Source: an uncultured Polyangiaceae bacterium
Lineage (GTDB): Bacteria; Myxococcota_A; Polyangia; Polyangiales; Polyangiaceae
Length of the DNA: 64,000 nucleotides
Direction of reading: 5' to 3'
Assembly: GCA_964551615.1 (NCBI GenBank)
Contig: CAZKDY010000023.1
Span: forward strand, 20,294-84,293
A program made the position numbers and the translations under genes. The notes beneath the pieces were generated by a model. The model worked only from the letters and a program-made list of their open reading frames with translations. It was not told where the DNA came from and made no database searches. This document shows, piece by piece, positions 17,074 through 26,325 of this stretch. How positions within the stretch are numbered: position 1 is the stretch's first letter; the number at the start of each line of letters is the position of its first letter.

Positions 17074-18261
17074 GTGAAGTGCGTCCGCATTGCAGCCGCC
17101 CTCGGCGTACGTTGGGGCCTGATCGCCCTGTGCGCCGGCCCCGCGGCGATGCTCGCCTGTGGTGGAGATGAGCGCCTGCCGCCCCCGACCGTGGACGTGG
17201 AGCACGCGACCGACGCCGGCTTCCTCGACGCTGGCGGCGGCGGTCCACCCCCACTTGACGCCTCAGGGCTGTGCGGCAACGCCCTGATCCCCATCGTGGA
17301 CGAGCGGCCGAACCTGTACTTCGTGGTCGACCACTCAGGCAGCATGAACCTGAAGCTGGATGGCCAAACCCTCGCGGAAGCGACCCACTCTGCGATCTTC
17401 GATCTGCTCAGCGTGATCGGGCCGCACGTCCGCTACGGCGCCGCGGTGTTCCCCAACCCTACAGTAGGCGAGTGCGCGGCCGGCGCGGAGGTCTTCAAGC
17501 TCAGGCCAGGAGATCCGCCCACGGAGACAGGGGAGCCTGGACCGAGCCTGCGTGGGCTGCGTTCGGCGCTCAAGTCCGCTCCGGTGACGGGCGGCACCCC
17601 GGTGTCGTCGACCTTCCAACTCCTGAACTCGACGCTGGGCAAGCTGAACCGCCGCACCTACGTGATCCTCGCGACCGACGGCGGCCCCAACTGCAACCCG
17701 GAGCGGGCTTGTGGCGCCGACGGCTGCCAGCTGAACATCGAAGGCGCGAGCCTTGGAGATCAGAAGTGCGCTGGCAGCGTGAACTGTTGCGACCCAAGCT
17801 TCGGGCTCGGCGCGCAGCTCAGCTGCTTGGACGATGACCCCAGCATCTCCGCGGTCGCCGCCCTGCGCGCGAAAGGCATCGACACCTTCGTGATCGGCAT
17901 GCGCGGCAGCGAACGCTACCAAGGCACCCTGAACAGCCTAGCCGTCGCGGGCGGCCGCTCGCGGGCGACCAACCCACGCTACTACCCGGCAGACACGCCC
18001 AGCGCGCTGAGCGACGCGCTGATTGAGATCGGCCTCGCCGTCGCCATCAGCTGCGATATCACCCTAGATGAAGCTCCGCCGGACAAGAAGTTGGTCAACC
18101 TATACTTCGACTCCACCCTCGTACCGAGCGACGCCGTCGACGGCTGGGTGTGGATCGACGCGACCCACTTGCGCCTGGTTGGCGCCGAGTGCGCCAAGCT
18201 GCAGCGCGGTGAGGTCGCTCAGGTCCAAATCGTCTCCGGCTGCCCAACTGAAGTGAAGTAA
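17074..18261 (+). CDS. von Willebrand factor A (vWA) domain protein, probable lipoprotein
   Basis: MIDAS-type 'LYFVVDHSGSMN', and 'TYVILATDGGPNCN'. The signal ends 'AAMLAC'. The Cys-rich C-terminus ends 'VQIVSGCPTEVK'. The start is either TTG 17035 (track) or GTG 17074. Confidence 0.8.
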   Translation: MKCVRIAAALGVRWGLIALCAGPAAMLACGGDERLPPPTVDVEHATDAGFLDAGGGGPPPLDASGLCGNALIPIVDERPNLYFVVDHSGSMNLKLDGQTLAEATHSAIFDLLSVIGPHVRYGAAVFPNPTVGECAAGAEVFKLRPGDPPTETGEPGPSLRGLRSALKSAPVTGGTPVSSTFQLLNSTLGKLNRRTYVILATDGGPNCNPERACGADGCQLNIEGASLGDQKCAGSVNCCDPSFGLGAQLSCLDDDPSISAVAALRAKGIDTFVIGMRGSERYQGTLNSLAVAGGRSRATNPRYYPADTPSALSDALIEIGLAVAISCDITLDEAPPDKKLVNLYFDSTLVPSDAVDGWVWIDATHLRLVGAECAKLQRGEVAQVQIVSGCPTEVK

Positions 18262-18272
18262 GCTCGGCGGTC

Positions 18273-18566
18273 GTGGACCCAGAGCTAGCAGCGCTGCGTG
18301 CCGCGATCGACGAGCTAGATCGCGAGATTTTGGAGCTGATCGCGCAGCGCGTCGAGGTCGTGCTGCGGGTGGGTGACTACAAGCGCGAGCGTGGAATGAA
18401 AGTGTACGATCCGACCCGTGAGCGTGAGGTGCTGGAGGTGCTGTGTACGCTCGGCAGACCACCGCTCACCAGTTCGACTATTCGCCGCGTCTTCGAGCGC
18501 CTGATCGATGAGAGCCGGCGACTTGAACAAGGCCACGTGAGCGCTGACCCGCCTCGAACCAAGTAG
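18273..18566 (+). CDS. Chorismate mutase (AroQ class, monofunctional)
   Basis: 97 aa reading 'LRAAIDELDREILELIAQRVEVVLRVGDYKRERGMKVYDPTREREVL', typical of CM type 2. Confidence 0.85.
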   Translation: MDPELAALRAAIDELDREILELIAQRVEVVLRVGDYKRERGMKVYDPTREREVLEVLCTLGRPPLTSSTIRRVFERLIDESRRLEQGHVSADPPRTK

Positions 18567-18613
18567 CTATTTCCTTGTGGCTATTGAATGCCCCACCCCG
18601 TGGCCCACGCGCG

Positions 18614-19945
18614 TCAGTGCAGCGTGTGCCAAGATCCGTTGATCTGAACCTGTGGCACCCGCTCACTGGGCGAGGTGATGTCGGTGGGCGTGGCGTCGAG
18701 ATCTGGGTCCTGGACCTCGAGCCGAACCGCGCCTAGTTCGCGCAGCGCGATGCTCGACTCTGCGCCGGGCACCATGATGTGCACGCGCACCGCGTTTTGC
18801 GCCACGGCGCGCCGGCGATCTTCCTCCGCCTCCTCACGCTCCCAGCGCAGCAGCGTCTCATGGTGGTGACGCCGCCGCCGCCGCCAAGCCATGCCAAACA
18901 GCACCAGCGCGCCCGCCCACACGAAGCCGCCGCTGAACAGGATCGGCCAGAAGGTGTAGCGCCTGGCCGCGTCGGCCTTCCACTCGTGCTCCAGCTGCTT
19001 CAGATCGGCGCCGTAAGCCTCGCGCAAGGCCACCTCGAAGGGCTGTGCAGCGCGCTCGCCGCGTGGGTTCATGCGGTCCACGAACGAGCGAAAACGCTCT
19101 GACTCCTGATTGCGGAGCAGGTAGCGCACGATGTCAGAGCTCTGCGCGTAGGCCACGCTGGCCCGATCAGAATCTGCGGGGAAATTATAGTCGATGGCGC
19201 TCAGCGGGATCAGCTGATCGGCCACCGTCGCCGTCCACAGCGTTTGTAGGCGCGCCATGGAGCTCTCTCCAGACACATGGATCGCGAAGCCCTCGTTGAA
19301 CCACCGCGGCACGTGGGCGCCACCCAGCGCGTCGTAGACAGCCACGTGAGCCAACTCATGTCGAAACACCTCTTCTAGTGAGTGCAGCTGGCCAGGAGCC
19401 ACTGGGTCAATGGTCAGCAGCACCAGCCCGATAGACGAGTACGCGACGCCGGACGCATACTTGGGCGGCGGGTAGCCGTCAGGCGCGAGCGATGCCATCT
19501 CCCCAGGGGTACGCGCTACGATCACCCAGACGCTAGGCTCCTTGTCCTTAGCCAGCAGCACTGGGCGACCAAAGAACGACGTCAGCACGTTCCTGAAGCC
19601 ATCCGCCTCAGCGATCAGCGGCTGCACCTTGTCGCGCATGGCCAGCGGGTAGGCGATGGTCAGCCACCCGCCCTGATAGCTAGTGTATCCGGGAGGAACA
19701 CGCCGCGCGGCGGTGAGCTGTGGCGGTATTTGCGGGGCGTCGTGGGGGTGGGCGACACCAGGCTCAGCGGGCTCAGTTACCGGGACCGCAGGCGCTGGTC
19801 CAAGCGCCGGCGTGTCCGCCAGCGCGGGCGCCGACGTCAGGCCAACCAGGACAACCAGCAACCACCAGCGCAGCCAGCGCCACACGCCAAGGCGTCGAGC
19901 GGGGCTGGCCGCGACGCGGCTTGGGTCCAGGGCTGCCGTGCGCAC
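18614..19945 (-). CDS. Membrane-associated HExxH metallopeptidase-like protein (MA clan-like)
   Basis: N-terminal signal/TM 'WLRWWLLVVLVGLTSAPALA', zinc motif 'FRHELAHVAVY', second TM 'FWPILFSGGFVWAGALVLFGMAW' followed by an RRRRRHHH cluster. Confidence 0.6.
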   Translation of the reverse strand: MRTAALDPSRVAASPARRLGVWRWLRWWLLVVLVGLTSAPALADTPALGPAPAVPVTEPAEPGVAHPHDAPQIPPQLTAARRVPPGYTSYQGGWLTIAYPLAMRDKVQPLIAEADGFRNVLTSFFGRPVLLAKDKEPSVWVIVARTPGEMASLAPDGYPPPKYASGVAYSSIGLVLLTIDPVAPGQLHSLEEVFRHELAHVAVYDALGGAHVPRWFNEGFAIHVSGESSMARLQTLWTATVADQLIPLSAIDYNFPADSDRASVAYAQSSDIVRYLLRNQESERFRSFVDRMNPRGERAAQPFEVALREAYGADLKQLEHEWKADAARRYTFWPILFSGGFVWAGALVLFGMAWRRRRRHHHETLLRWEREEAEEDRRRAVAQNAVRVHIMVPGAESSIALRELGAVRLEVQDPDLDATPTDITSPSERVPQVQINGSWHTLH

Positions 19946-20146
19946 AGGAGATCAAAATTAGGGACCGAAGCGGGCGACGTCAACGGAGGGCGCGTCACCA
20001 AAATGGGTCGGAGGGCAGCTTCCACGGCTTTCGCTGCGCGCATTCACAGTGCTCGACGCCGCGCTGCATCCCTCGCGGCCTGCGCTCAGGGCCGCCCCAA
20101 TCCAACAACCCCACGCCGAACTAGCGCCGTCTGCGCGTGCCCCGCC

Positions 20147-21076
20147 TCAAAACAGCCAACCGAGCCCCAGGCAAACCGGGGCAACGCGCTGCAGCAGACC
20201 AAGGCCTTCACTGGGCCAACTGAGCAGCACCGCGCAGCAGCCCACCACCAGACCTAGCCACACCGCCAGCCCTGCGCGCGCGAGCGGCCCGCTCACCCGC
20301 GGCAGGCGCCAGACGGCCAGAGCAACCGCGCCGCCGAGCAGCACCAACCCCTCAGCGAGCCAGACGCCCGAGCTTGAGAGGACGGGCAGCGCCGCGTAGC
20401 ACAGGCCCAGCGCCCCCAGCACGGCGAGCCCGCGCAGCAACAGCAGACTACGCTTCCCCGCGAAAATAACTGGAGCTGACCTCCGGTCGTCAGCGGCCCA
20501 AACGCCCAGCCGACCCACGACGGCTAACAGGCCCAGCGTCACCAGCAGCGCGAGCACGCTGTAGGTGGCGGCTCCTAGCGGCCGGTGGTTGGTGCTCACC
20601 TTCAGCACACGCATCAACACGGCGCACAGCGGCGCCGCCAGCCCAACGCCGGCGACCAAGACGCTGAGCTGAACGCCGCCCTGCGCGCGGACCAAGCGCC
20701 TCAAGCTCAAGCTAAGCGGGAACAGCACCGCAGCTGAGCCGCCGATCAGCGCGAGCCACGCCAGCGGCATTGATAACCCCGCGGAACCGGCGCGCAGCGC
20801 GCCAGGCAACGCCGCGACCAGCGACACCGCCGCCGCGGCCCACGCCGCGCTGCCCAGCGTGTCGAGGTCGCTGCCCCGCGCCAACGCTGGCGACGCAGCC
20901 GCTGCGCCGCTCGAAGTCACCGCTGCGCCGCTCGTGGTGATGTCCTTCCCGCGGGGGGCGCCAGAGGGCTCCTCGCCGCCCGTGGAGGCAGCAACGGAAG
21001 ACACAGCAGGCTCGGGGGTCGCGTCGTCGGTCATGCGGGTCCACGTACCTAGCCGCGAACCGCCAGCGCCCGTCAA
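20147..21076 (-). CDS. Polytopic integral membrane protein, unknown function
   Basis: 309-aa ORF with at least 6 hydrophobic segments after a Ser/Ala-rich N-terminus. I see no recognisable motif, and the start is uncertain. Confidence 0.55.
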   Translation of the reverse strand: MTGAGGSRLGTWTRMTDDATPEPAVSSVAASTGGEEPSGAPRGKDITTSGAAVTSSGAAAASPALARGSDLDTLGSAAWAAAAVSLVAALPGALRAGSAGLSMPLAWLALIGGSAAVLFPLSLSLRRLVRAQGGVQLSVLVAGVGLAAPLCAVLMRVLKVSTNHRPLGAATYSVLALLVTLGLLAVVGRLGVWAADDRRSAPVIFAGKRSLLLLRGLAVLGALGLCYAALPVLSSSGVWLAEGLVLLGGAVALAVWRLPRVSGPLARAGLAVWLGLVVGCCAVLLSWPSEGLGLLQRVAPVCLGLGWLF

Positions 21077-21191
21077 GCGTCGTCACGGCGAAGATACCGG
21101 GGATGGCCCAGAGGCTATCGCTGCTCTGCGACCGCTGCTCAGCCTCCCAAGCGGTTCGGGTCTTGGGCCTAGCCCCACACGCGACGCGCGA

Positions 21192-23744
21192 TCAACAGCC
21201 GCGCGGAGCCTTCAAGGCGCTCTGCGCGGCGCGGCGCGCAGGCGCGGGCACCTCTGGCTTGAAGAACGGCTCAAGTCGGCTCTTTAGGTCCTGCGGCTGC
21301 AGCCGGGCCAGCGAGACCAGGGCCGCTGCCGCGATGCCGCGCATGTTTGGATCGGCGTACGGGTTTGCCAGCTTGACCGCGTAGCTGGTCAGCAAATCTA
21401 CGCTGGCCTTGGCGCACATGCGACCTAGCGCCAGCGCCGCTGCGCTGCGCACGTCTGGCAGCTCATCGCGATCTTCTAAGCGCTGGCTGACAGCCAGCGC
21501 GTGGGCCACCCCACCGCGCGCTCCCAGCGCCAAGAGCGCTGGGCGACGCACACTGGACGACGAGTCGCTGAGCGCCGATGCCAGCGCTGCATCAATGGCG
21601 GCCGAGGCTGGCAGCGACGCCAGGCTGCGCGCCGCCGCGCTGCGCACCATGGGCCACTCGTCTCGGCGCAGCCGTGAGATGAGCGCGCGCGTGGCGAACC
21701 CTGACTTGGCGCTGGCCAGCGCCATCACCCCTGCCTCACGCACCCTCACCTCATCGTCTTGCAACGCGTGGAGCAACGCCGCTGGGGAGAGCTGCGGCGC
21801 TACGATCGCCGCGGCCGCAGCCGCGCGGATCTGCGGGCGCTGATCGCTGGTGACCAGGGCCTCTAGCTTGCTTCGGGCGACCTTTGAGCTCGCCGACAGC
21901 GCCGCGAGCGGCTGCACCAGCAGATAGCGGGTGCGGAAGTCGGCGTCGGGCGTGAGCAAGCTGAGCACGCCCTGCTCAGCGACCGCGCCGAAGCTGGGCA
22001 GCTGGTCGCTCAGCGCGCGCAGCAGATCGATGCGCGCTTTAGGGCTGAGCTCAGCGCTGGCGAGCAGCGGCTCGACGCTCTGCCTAGCGGCCGGCTGAGC
22101 CGCAGCCACTGCGATCGCCGCGCGGTAGGTCGCCCGCTGGCGCGCGTTCTTGCGCTCCGCCTTGCTGCGCTTGGTGCCAGCCAACCTGCTCGCGCGCTCG
22201 AGGCGCTTGACCAGTTCTTGGATGGCCTGCGCCGGGGCGACCGCAGCGAGCACTCGCGCGGCTTGGGTCGCGCGCGCGCTGTCGCCGTCCAGCGCGCGCA
22301 CCAGCGGCGCCACGGCCTCTGACCCACAGCGACGGATACGCTGCTCGGCGTGGACCCGATGGGCGTGCTCGCGCGACAGCAAAGCGGCGACATAGACCGG
22401 CGCTGAGTCAGCGCACTCAGCGTGATCCATCACGTCGAGGGCCACCCGGCGGCCGCCAGCGTCTAGGGCCTCAAACCGCTTCCGTATGGCTTCAAACGCT
22501 GGCTTACCGAGGCTGCGCAGCAGCGCGCCCGCGGCCTGTGCCCGCTCACCGCCGCCGGCCAGCGCCCCCACCAGCCCGTCAAGGTTAGTGAGATCAAAGT
22601 CGCTGCGCGCCGACAGCTCCGCGAACGTCACCTGGACGGCCTTGTGGTCGCTGAACGCGTCGTCCGTAACCAGCGCCACGCAGTCGGTGGTCACTGGCGC
22701 GGGCAGCTGAATATTGTAGCGGCGGCCAGGGAACCTCCAGGCGTCCTCAGGCATCTCCACGCGGAACAATTTCCCGGTGACCGCTATAAAGAATGTCTTC
22801 GGCGCGACGGCGTGGGGGATCTCGCGCAGCGGCGGCCGCACCACGAGCTCAAACGCGGCGATGGGCAGCTCGGGCGGCGATAACATCAACACGAACTCAC
22901 CGCGCCCTGCGCCTCCGCGGTTCTCCGCCCAGGTGGACTCGAGATCGGAGTCCGTGAGCGCGGAGGGGTTACCCACGGCGCTGCTCGCGGAGACCGCTCG
23001 CAGCAGCGGCGCCGCTGAGGCCGCCCCTGACATGACTTGCGCCTGAATGGTCGGCGCGCCGGCCCGCTCCTCGCCGCTCAGGCGCTGTACTTTGGCGGGG
23101 TGAAGCCGCAGATCTCCAGGCGTCAGCAGCTTGGGCGCGACGACCGCCGGGCGACCGCACAGCGTCATGCTCTCGTTCATCTCCCCGACCACCACCCGGC
23201 GCGAGCCGTCCGCCGTCGGCGGCGAGATGGTGATCCGCGGACCGCTGCGCTCGCCCTCCGGGCCATTCACCGGCCCGGTCTCACCTGAGAACAGCACCGA
23301 TACATTTCCGCTGGGCAGCGCAACCAGCAGCGCCTCCCATGCGCGCTCGGCCTCGACCCGTGGCACCAAGGCGTGCAGCGCGTAGCGTTTGTTTCCCAGC
23401 GGAATAATGGTAATGCGTGACTGTTCAAGCCGCTCGCGCAGGTCAAGCGGCAGGCCCAGCGCCTGCCCCGCGTCGACGACACACGGCGCGGCGCGACAAA
23501 CGCTCGCGCGCAGCTCACCGCTCGCGTCGACTCCAACCGCCAGGCTAGGCTGCCCTGGGTTGGCGGGCGTGGTGGCGAGGGGGGCGGCCAGCGCAGCCGC
23601 GGACCAGCCGAGCGCTGCACACGCGGCGCTGATCCCCAGCCAGCGCCGCATGCTTCGTTGCCTGGGCAGGCGTTCAAACACGGGTCGGCACACGACGAAG
23701 CGACTCACGCCCAAGGCCGTAGCGAGCCCTCCCGCGCAGCGCAA
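21192..23744 (-). CDS. Secreted HEAT-repeat protein
   Basis: Signal 'WLGISAACAALGWSAAALAAP'. The C-terminal half has PBS-lyase/HEAT-type repeats ('DDEVRVREAGVMALAS', 'EWPMVRSAAARSLASL', 'SSSVRRPALLALGARG', 'LPDVRSAAALALGRM'). Confidence 0.75.
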   Translation of the reverse strand: MRCAGGLATALGVSRFVVCRPVFERLPRQRSMRRWLGISAACAALGWSAAALAAPLATTPANPGQPSLAVGVDASGELRASVCRAAPCVVDAGQALGLPLDLRERLEQSRITIIPLGNKRYALHALVPRVEAERAWEALLVALPSGNVSVLFSGETGPVNGPEGERSGPRITISPPTADGSRRVVVGEMNESMTLCGRPAVVAPKLLTPGDLRLHPAKVQRLSGEERAGAPTIQAQVMSGAASAAPLLRAVSASSAVGNPSALTDSDLESTWAENRGGAGRGEFVLMLSPPELPIAAFELVVRPPLREIPHAVAPKTFFIAVTGKLFRVEMPEDAWRFPGRRYNIQLPAPVTTDCVALVTDDAFSDHKAVQVTFAELSARSDFDLTNLDGLVGALAGGGERAQAAGALLRSLGKPAFEAIRKRFEALDAGGRRVALDVMDHAECADSAPVYVAALLSREHAHRVHAEQRIRRCGSEAVAPLVRALDGDSARATQAARVLAAVAPAQAIQELVKRLERASRLAGTKRSKAERKNARQRATYRAAIAVAAAQPAARQSVEPLLASAELSPKARIDLLRALSDQLPSFGAVAEQGVLSLLTPDADFRTRYLLVQPLAALSASSKVARSKLEALVTSDQRPQIRAAAAAAIVAPQLSPAALLHALQDDEVRVREAGVMALASAKSGFATRALISRLRRDEWPMVRSAAARSLASLPASAAIDAALASALSDSSSSVRRPALLALGARGGVAHALAVSQRLEDRDELPDVRSAAALALGRMCAKASVDLLTSYAVKLANPYADPNMRGIAAAALVSLARLQPQDLKSRLEPFFKPEVPAPARRAAQSALKAPRGC

Positions 23745-23777
23745 GCCCCGGCACAGGCTGACCCAGGTCGACCGGGT

Positions 23778-24713
23778 CTAGATGTCTTGATCTCGACCGC
23801 TGGGACCGTCGGGCTGCGAGAGCTTTCGGCTCCACAAGAACGCGTCCTTGCGCTCTCCCTTGACCAACAGGTGCCCCTGCAAGAGCCCGCTGCGTTTGAA
23901 GCCGTTGACCAAGAAGGCGGCGCCAAGCTCTGGGTCGTCTACCGCGCTCAGCGCGAACGCGCTCACCATGTCTTGAGCCAGCAGGCGCTCGCACACCTCA
24001 CCGATGGCGCGAGTGGTCAGCAAGACTTCCTTCTCTGTCCGCGGCGCCTGCACCAACTCGACGAAGGCGTTGGAGTAGCAGGGCTGGCTCTCCACGCTGA
24101 TCAGCAGCGAGAACCCGCCGCGCCCAGTGCACATGAACGCCTGACGCTCCACGTCGCGCCCGAACGGCTCGAGGTGTGAGAGCACGCGCTCTGAGCGCTC
24201 GGCAGAGGCCAGGCAGCGCGCGACGTCAGCGTCCCGCCCTGGCTGCACGCGCACCAGCGGACGTGGCGCCCCCTCGCGCTCCTTCGCGAGCTTCCGCGCG
24301 GCTTGATATTGCGCCGCGATTGCCCCGCTCGCGACCGCCGCCGAGTAGTCTAAATAGGCCGGACGTGCCCCTGACTGATGCGGGGAGTCCTCATTTCCAC
24401 AAGGTACCATAGCGCCCAACAGGTGGGCGTCGCTGCGCTTGTAAAACCCCGGGATACTGCCCTCCTTCAGGAACCCCAGGCGCGCCCACGACGACACCTC
24501 TTCGCGCTCGACCAGGGTGTACACGCGATCGATGCCCTCGCGCTGAGCCAGGCTCATCACGAAGATGCGCTTGGCCGGGCTCGGCCCGGCGCGGAAGTCG
24601 ATCACCCGCATCGTCCTGGCCCGACGATTCACCATCAGACACAACGACACGCGGTCGTTCTGAAAGAAAATCTCCTCGCTTGTCAGACTCGAGACGTCAA
24701 TCTTGGTTGCCAT
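23778..24713 (-). CDS. GNAT-like acetyltransferase-fold protein (two tandem halves), tentative
   Basis: I chose ATG 24713 ('MATKIDVSS'), preceded by a G-rich SD-like stretch. 'RIFVMSLAQREGIDRVYTLVEREEVSSWARLGFLKEGSIPGFYKRSDAHLLG' resembles GNAT/AblB-type acetyltransferases. The second half 'ERLLAQDMVSAFALSAVDDPELGAAFLVNGFKRSGLL' looks similar. Confidence 0.5.
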   Translation of the reverse strand: MATKIDVSSLTSEEIFFQNDRVSLCLMVNRRARTMRVIDFRAGPSPAKRIFVMSLAQREGIDRVYTLVEREEVSSWARLGFLKEGSIPGFYKRSDAHLLGAMVPCGNEDSPHQSGARPAYLDYSAAVASGAIAAQYQAARKLAKEREGAPRPLVRVQPGRDADVARCLASAERSERVLSHLEPFGRDVERQAFMCTGRGGFSLLISVESQPCYSNAFVELVQAPRTEKEVLLTTRAIGEVCERLLAQDMVSAFALSAVDDPELGAAFLVNGFKRSGLLQGHLLVKGERKDAFLWSRKLSQPDGPSGRDQDI

Positions 24714-25250
24714 CAATCCCCCCGGAGTTGAAACCCCTCCGCCGCGAGCCCGGACCTCACACGCGGAACCCGCGACACCGCGGACACAGCCACTTCCCGC
24801 CCTGGTGCTCGAAGCGCTCACACCAGCCCTCAAGTGCTTAGGCGGCGCGTGCAAACCCACAGCCTCGGCACCTGATCAGCCGCCACCCCCGAACCCACCC
24901 CCGGCGACCTTTTGCCACCCGGTGCCAAAGTAGTTTCGGCCACTTAGCTCGGCCCGAAGCATTCAGACCTTTCAAACTTGCAAGCTCGATTACCACGCTC
25001 GCCCAGCCCGAGCAATCCGCGATGCAAGAAAGCTGACCGCACAGAGCGACAGTTTATCCCCATCCTCCGCACAACCTAGAAACAGCTGCTTACGTGTTCA
25101 CCTCAGGCGGCGAGATCGCTAAACGCCTGAGCAAGCGAAACGCAGCCTTCCTGACACGCGGTGCCATCGCCGCATTTCCACGACGTTATTGCGACGTCGT
25201 GAGCCACGCGCGGACCGCCGCGGGGTCGTCACCGCGCAGCGAGTGGCAGG

Positions 25251-26183
25251 CTATTCGAAGTCGTGGACCACGGCTGAGTCCACGCCCAACGCCTTGAGCA
25301 CCATCTCGAGTTGGTTGCGCTGCACGCTGACGCGGGTCGGCATGCCGCCCTGCAGCCCGAACAACTCCAGGAAGTTGTAACCGCTGTCGTAGGCAGCCGC
25401 CACCGAGACGCTCATCGAATCGAGCACGATGCTGACCGGCTCACGCTGCTGCCCCATCAAGAGCAACAGGGTCTTATCGACCGCACGGAATCCTGTCGTG
25501 ATATCTACGATCGCCACCCCCGGCGCGTATCTCACGTAACCAAGCGCAGCGCGCCGGGTCTCCTTCTCGATGGGGATCAGCTCACGCGCGGCCTCGTCGA
25601 TGGTTGTCCACAGCTGCTTGTCGCTGAGCCCGCCGATCAAGTGGCGCACGATGAGCCCAAACAGACCGGTGTCCCGCGGCCGCGCGCGCAGCGCACGATC
25701 GATGCGCTCTGCGGCCTCGCTCGGCTTACCGATGCGGGTGTCTATGGCGTGGGCGTCTAGATCGCAGCCGGGGTAGGGCTCCACACCGCCCCGCGCCCAC
25801 TTCGCGGCGCTGGCCAACCCATCAAAATCCGTGTGGCAAACAATGGTGTCTACGGGGCCGATCCGGCGGACCAGCTCCGGGTCGATCATCTCTGGGCAGG
25901 CTCCGTGCTCAGCTTTGGTGGCCAGCACGAAGCGCGGATCTTTTCGGTACTCTGCGTGGAGCTCGTGGTCGTGGTGATCCACCCAACCCACCAGGCGCTC
26001 GCCCAACCCCACGATGAACGGCTTGGTGATCTTCTCGAAGCCACCGCCGCCCATGCCAGCGAACGCGATGTCCAAGACCACGACGCGACCGCGGAGCGCC
26101 TTGGGTTTCGGCAACTTGCGTGGGGTTCCGAACGCCAGCTCGGGGCTGGAGATGCTGGCTGAATCAGGGGATGAATGGGGCAT
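25251..26183 (-). CDS. Hypothetical protein with DHH-phosphoesterase-like motifs
   Basis: I chose ATG 26183 because the longer 26654 start overlaps the divergent gene. Motifs 'VVVLDIAF', 'GWVDHHDHE' and 'VCHTDFDGLASAA' are reminiscent of DHH-family metal sites but occur in an unusual order. Confidence 0.5.
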   Translation of the reverse strand: MPHSSPDSASISSPELAFGTPRKLPKPKALRGRVVVLDIAFAGMGGGGFEKITKPFIVGLGERLVGWVDHHDHELHAEYRKDPRFVLATKAEHGACPEMIDPELVRRIGPVDTIVCHTDFDGLASAAKWARGGVEPYPGCDLDAHAIDTRIGKPSEAAERIDRALRARPRDTGLFGLIVRHLIGGLSDKQLWTTIDEAARELIPIEKETRRAALGYVRYAPGVAIVDITTGFRAVDKTLLLLMGQQREPVSIVLDSMSVSVAAAYDSGYNFLELFGLQGGMPTRVSVQRNQLEMVLKALGVDSAVVHDFE

Positions 26184-26325
26184 ACTGGGTACCGGGGCGA
26201 GTTGCCCAACGACACAGGAGAAACGGCTGCGCCAGCGCGGCGTGGCATACTGATTGACTTCAAGCGCCGTCTGGCTCGTCTGAACCCAGCCAGGCACCAG
26301 AGACCCTAGCGCACTAGGAGATAGC

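Noticed and set aside
24912-24928. Sigma-54-like element TGGCAC-N5-GGCA on the minus strand about 200 nt upstream of the GNAT-like gene
   Set aside because: The -12 element is GGCA rather than TTGC, and the GG-to-GC spacing is one nucleotide short of the consensus. No enhancer-binding protein gene lies nearby.
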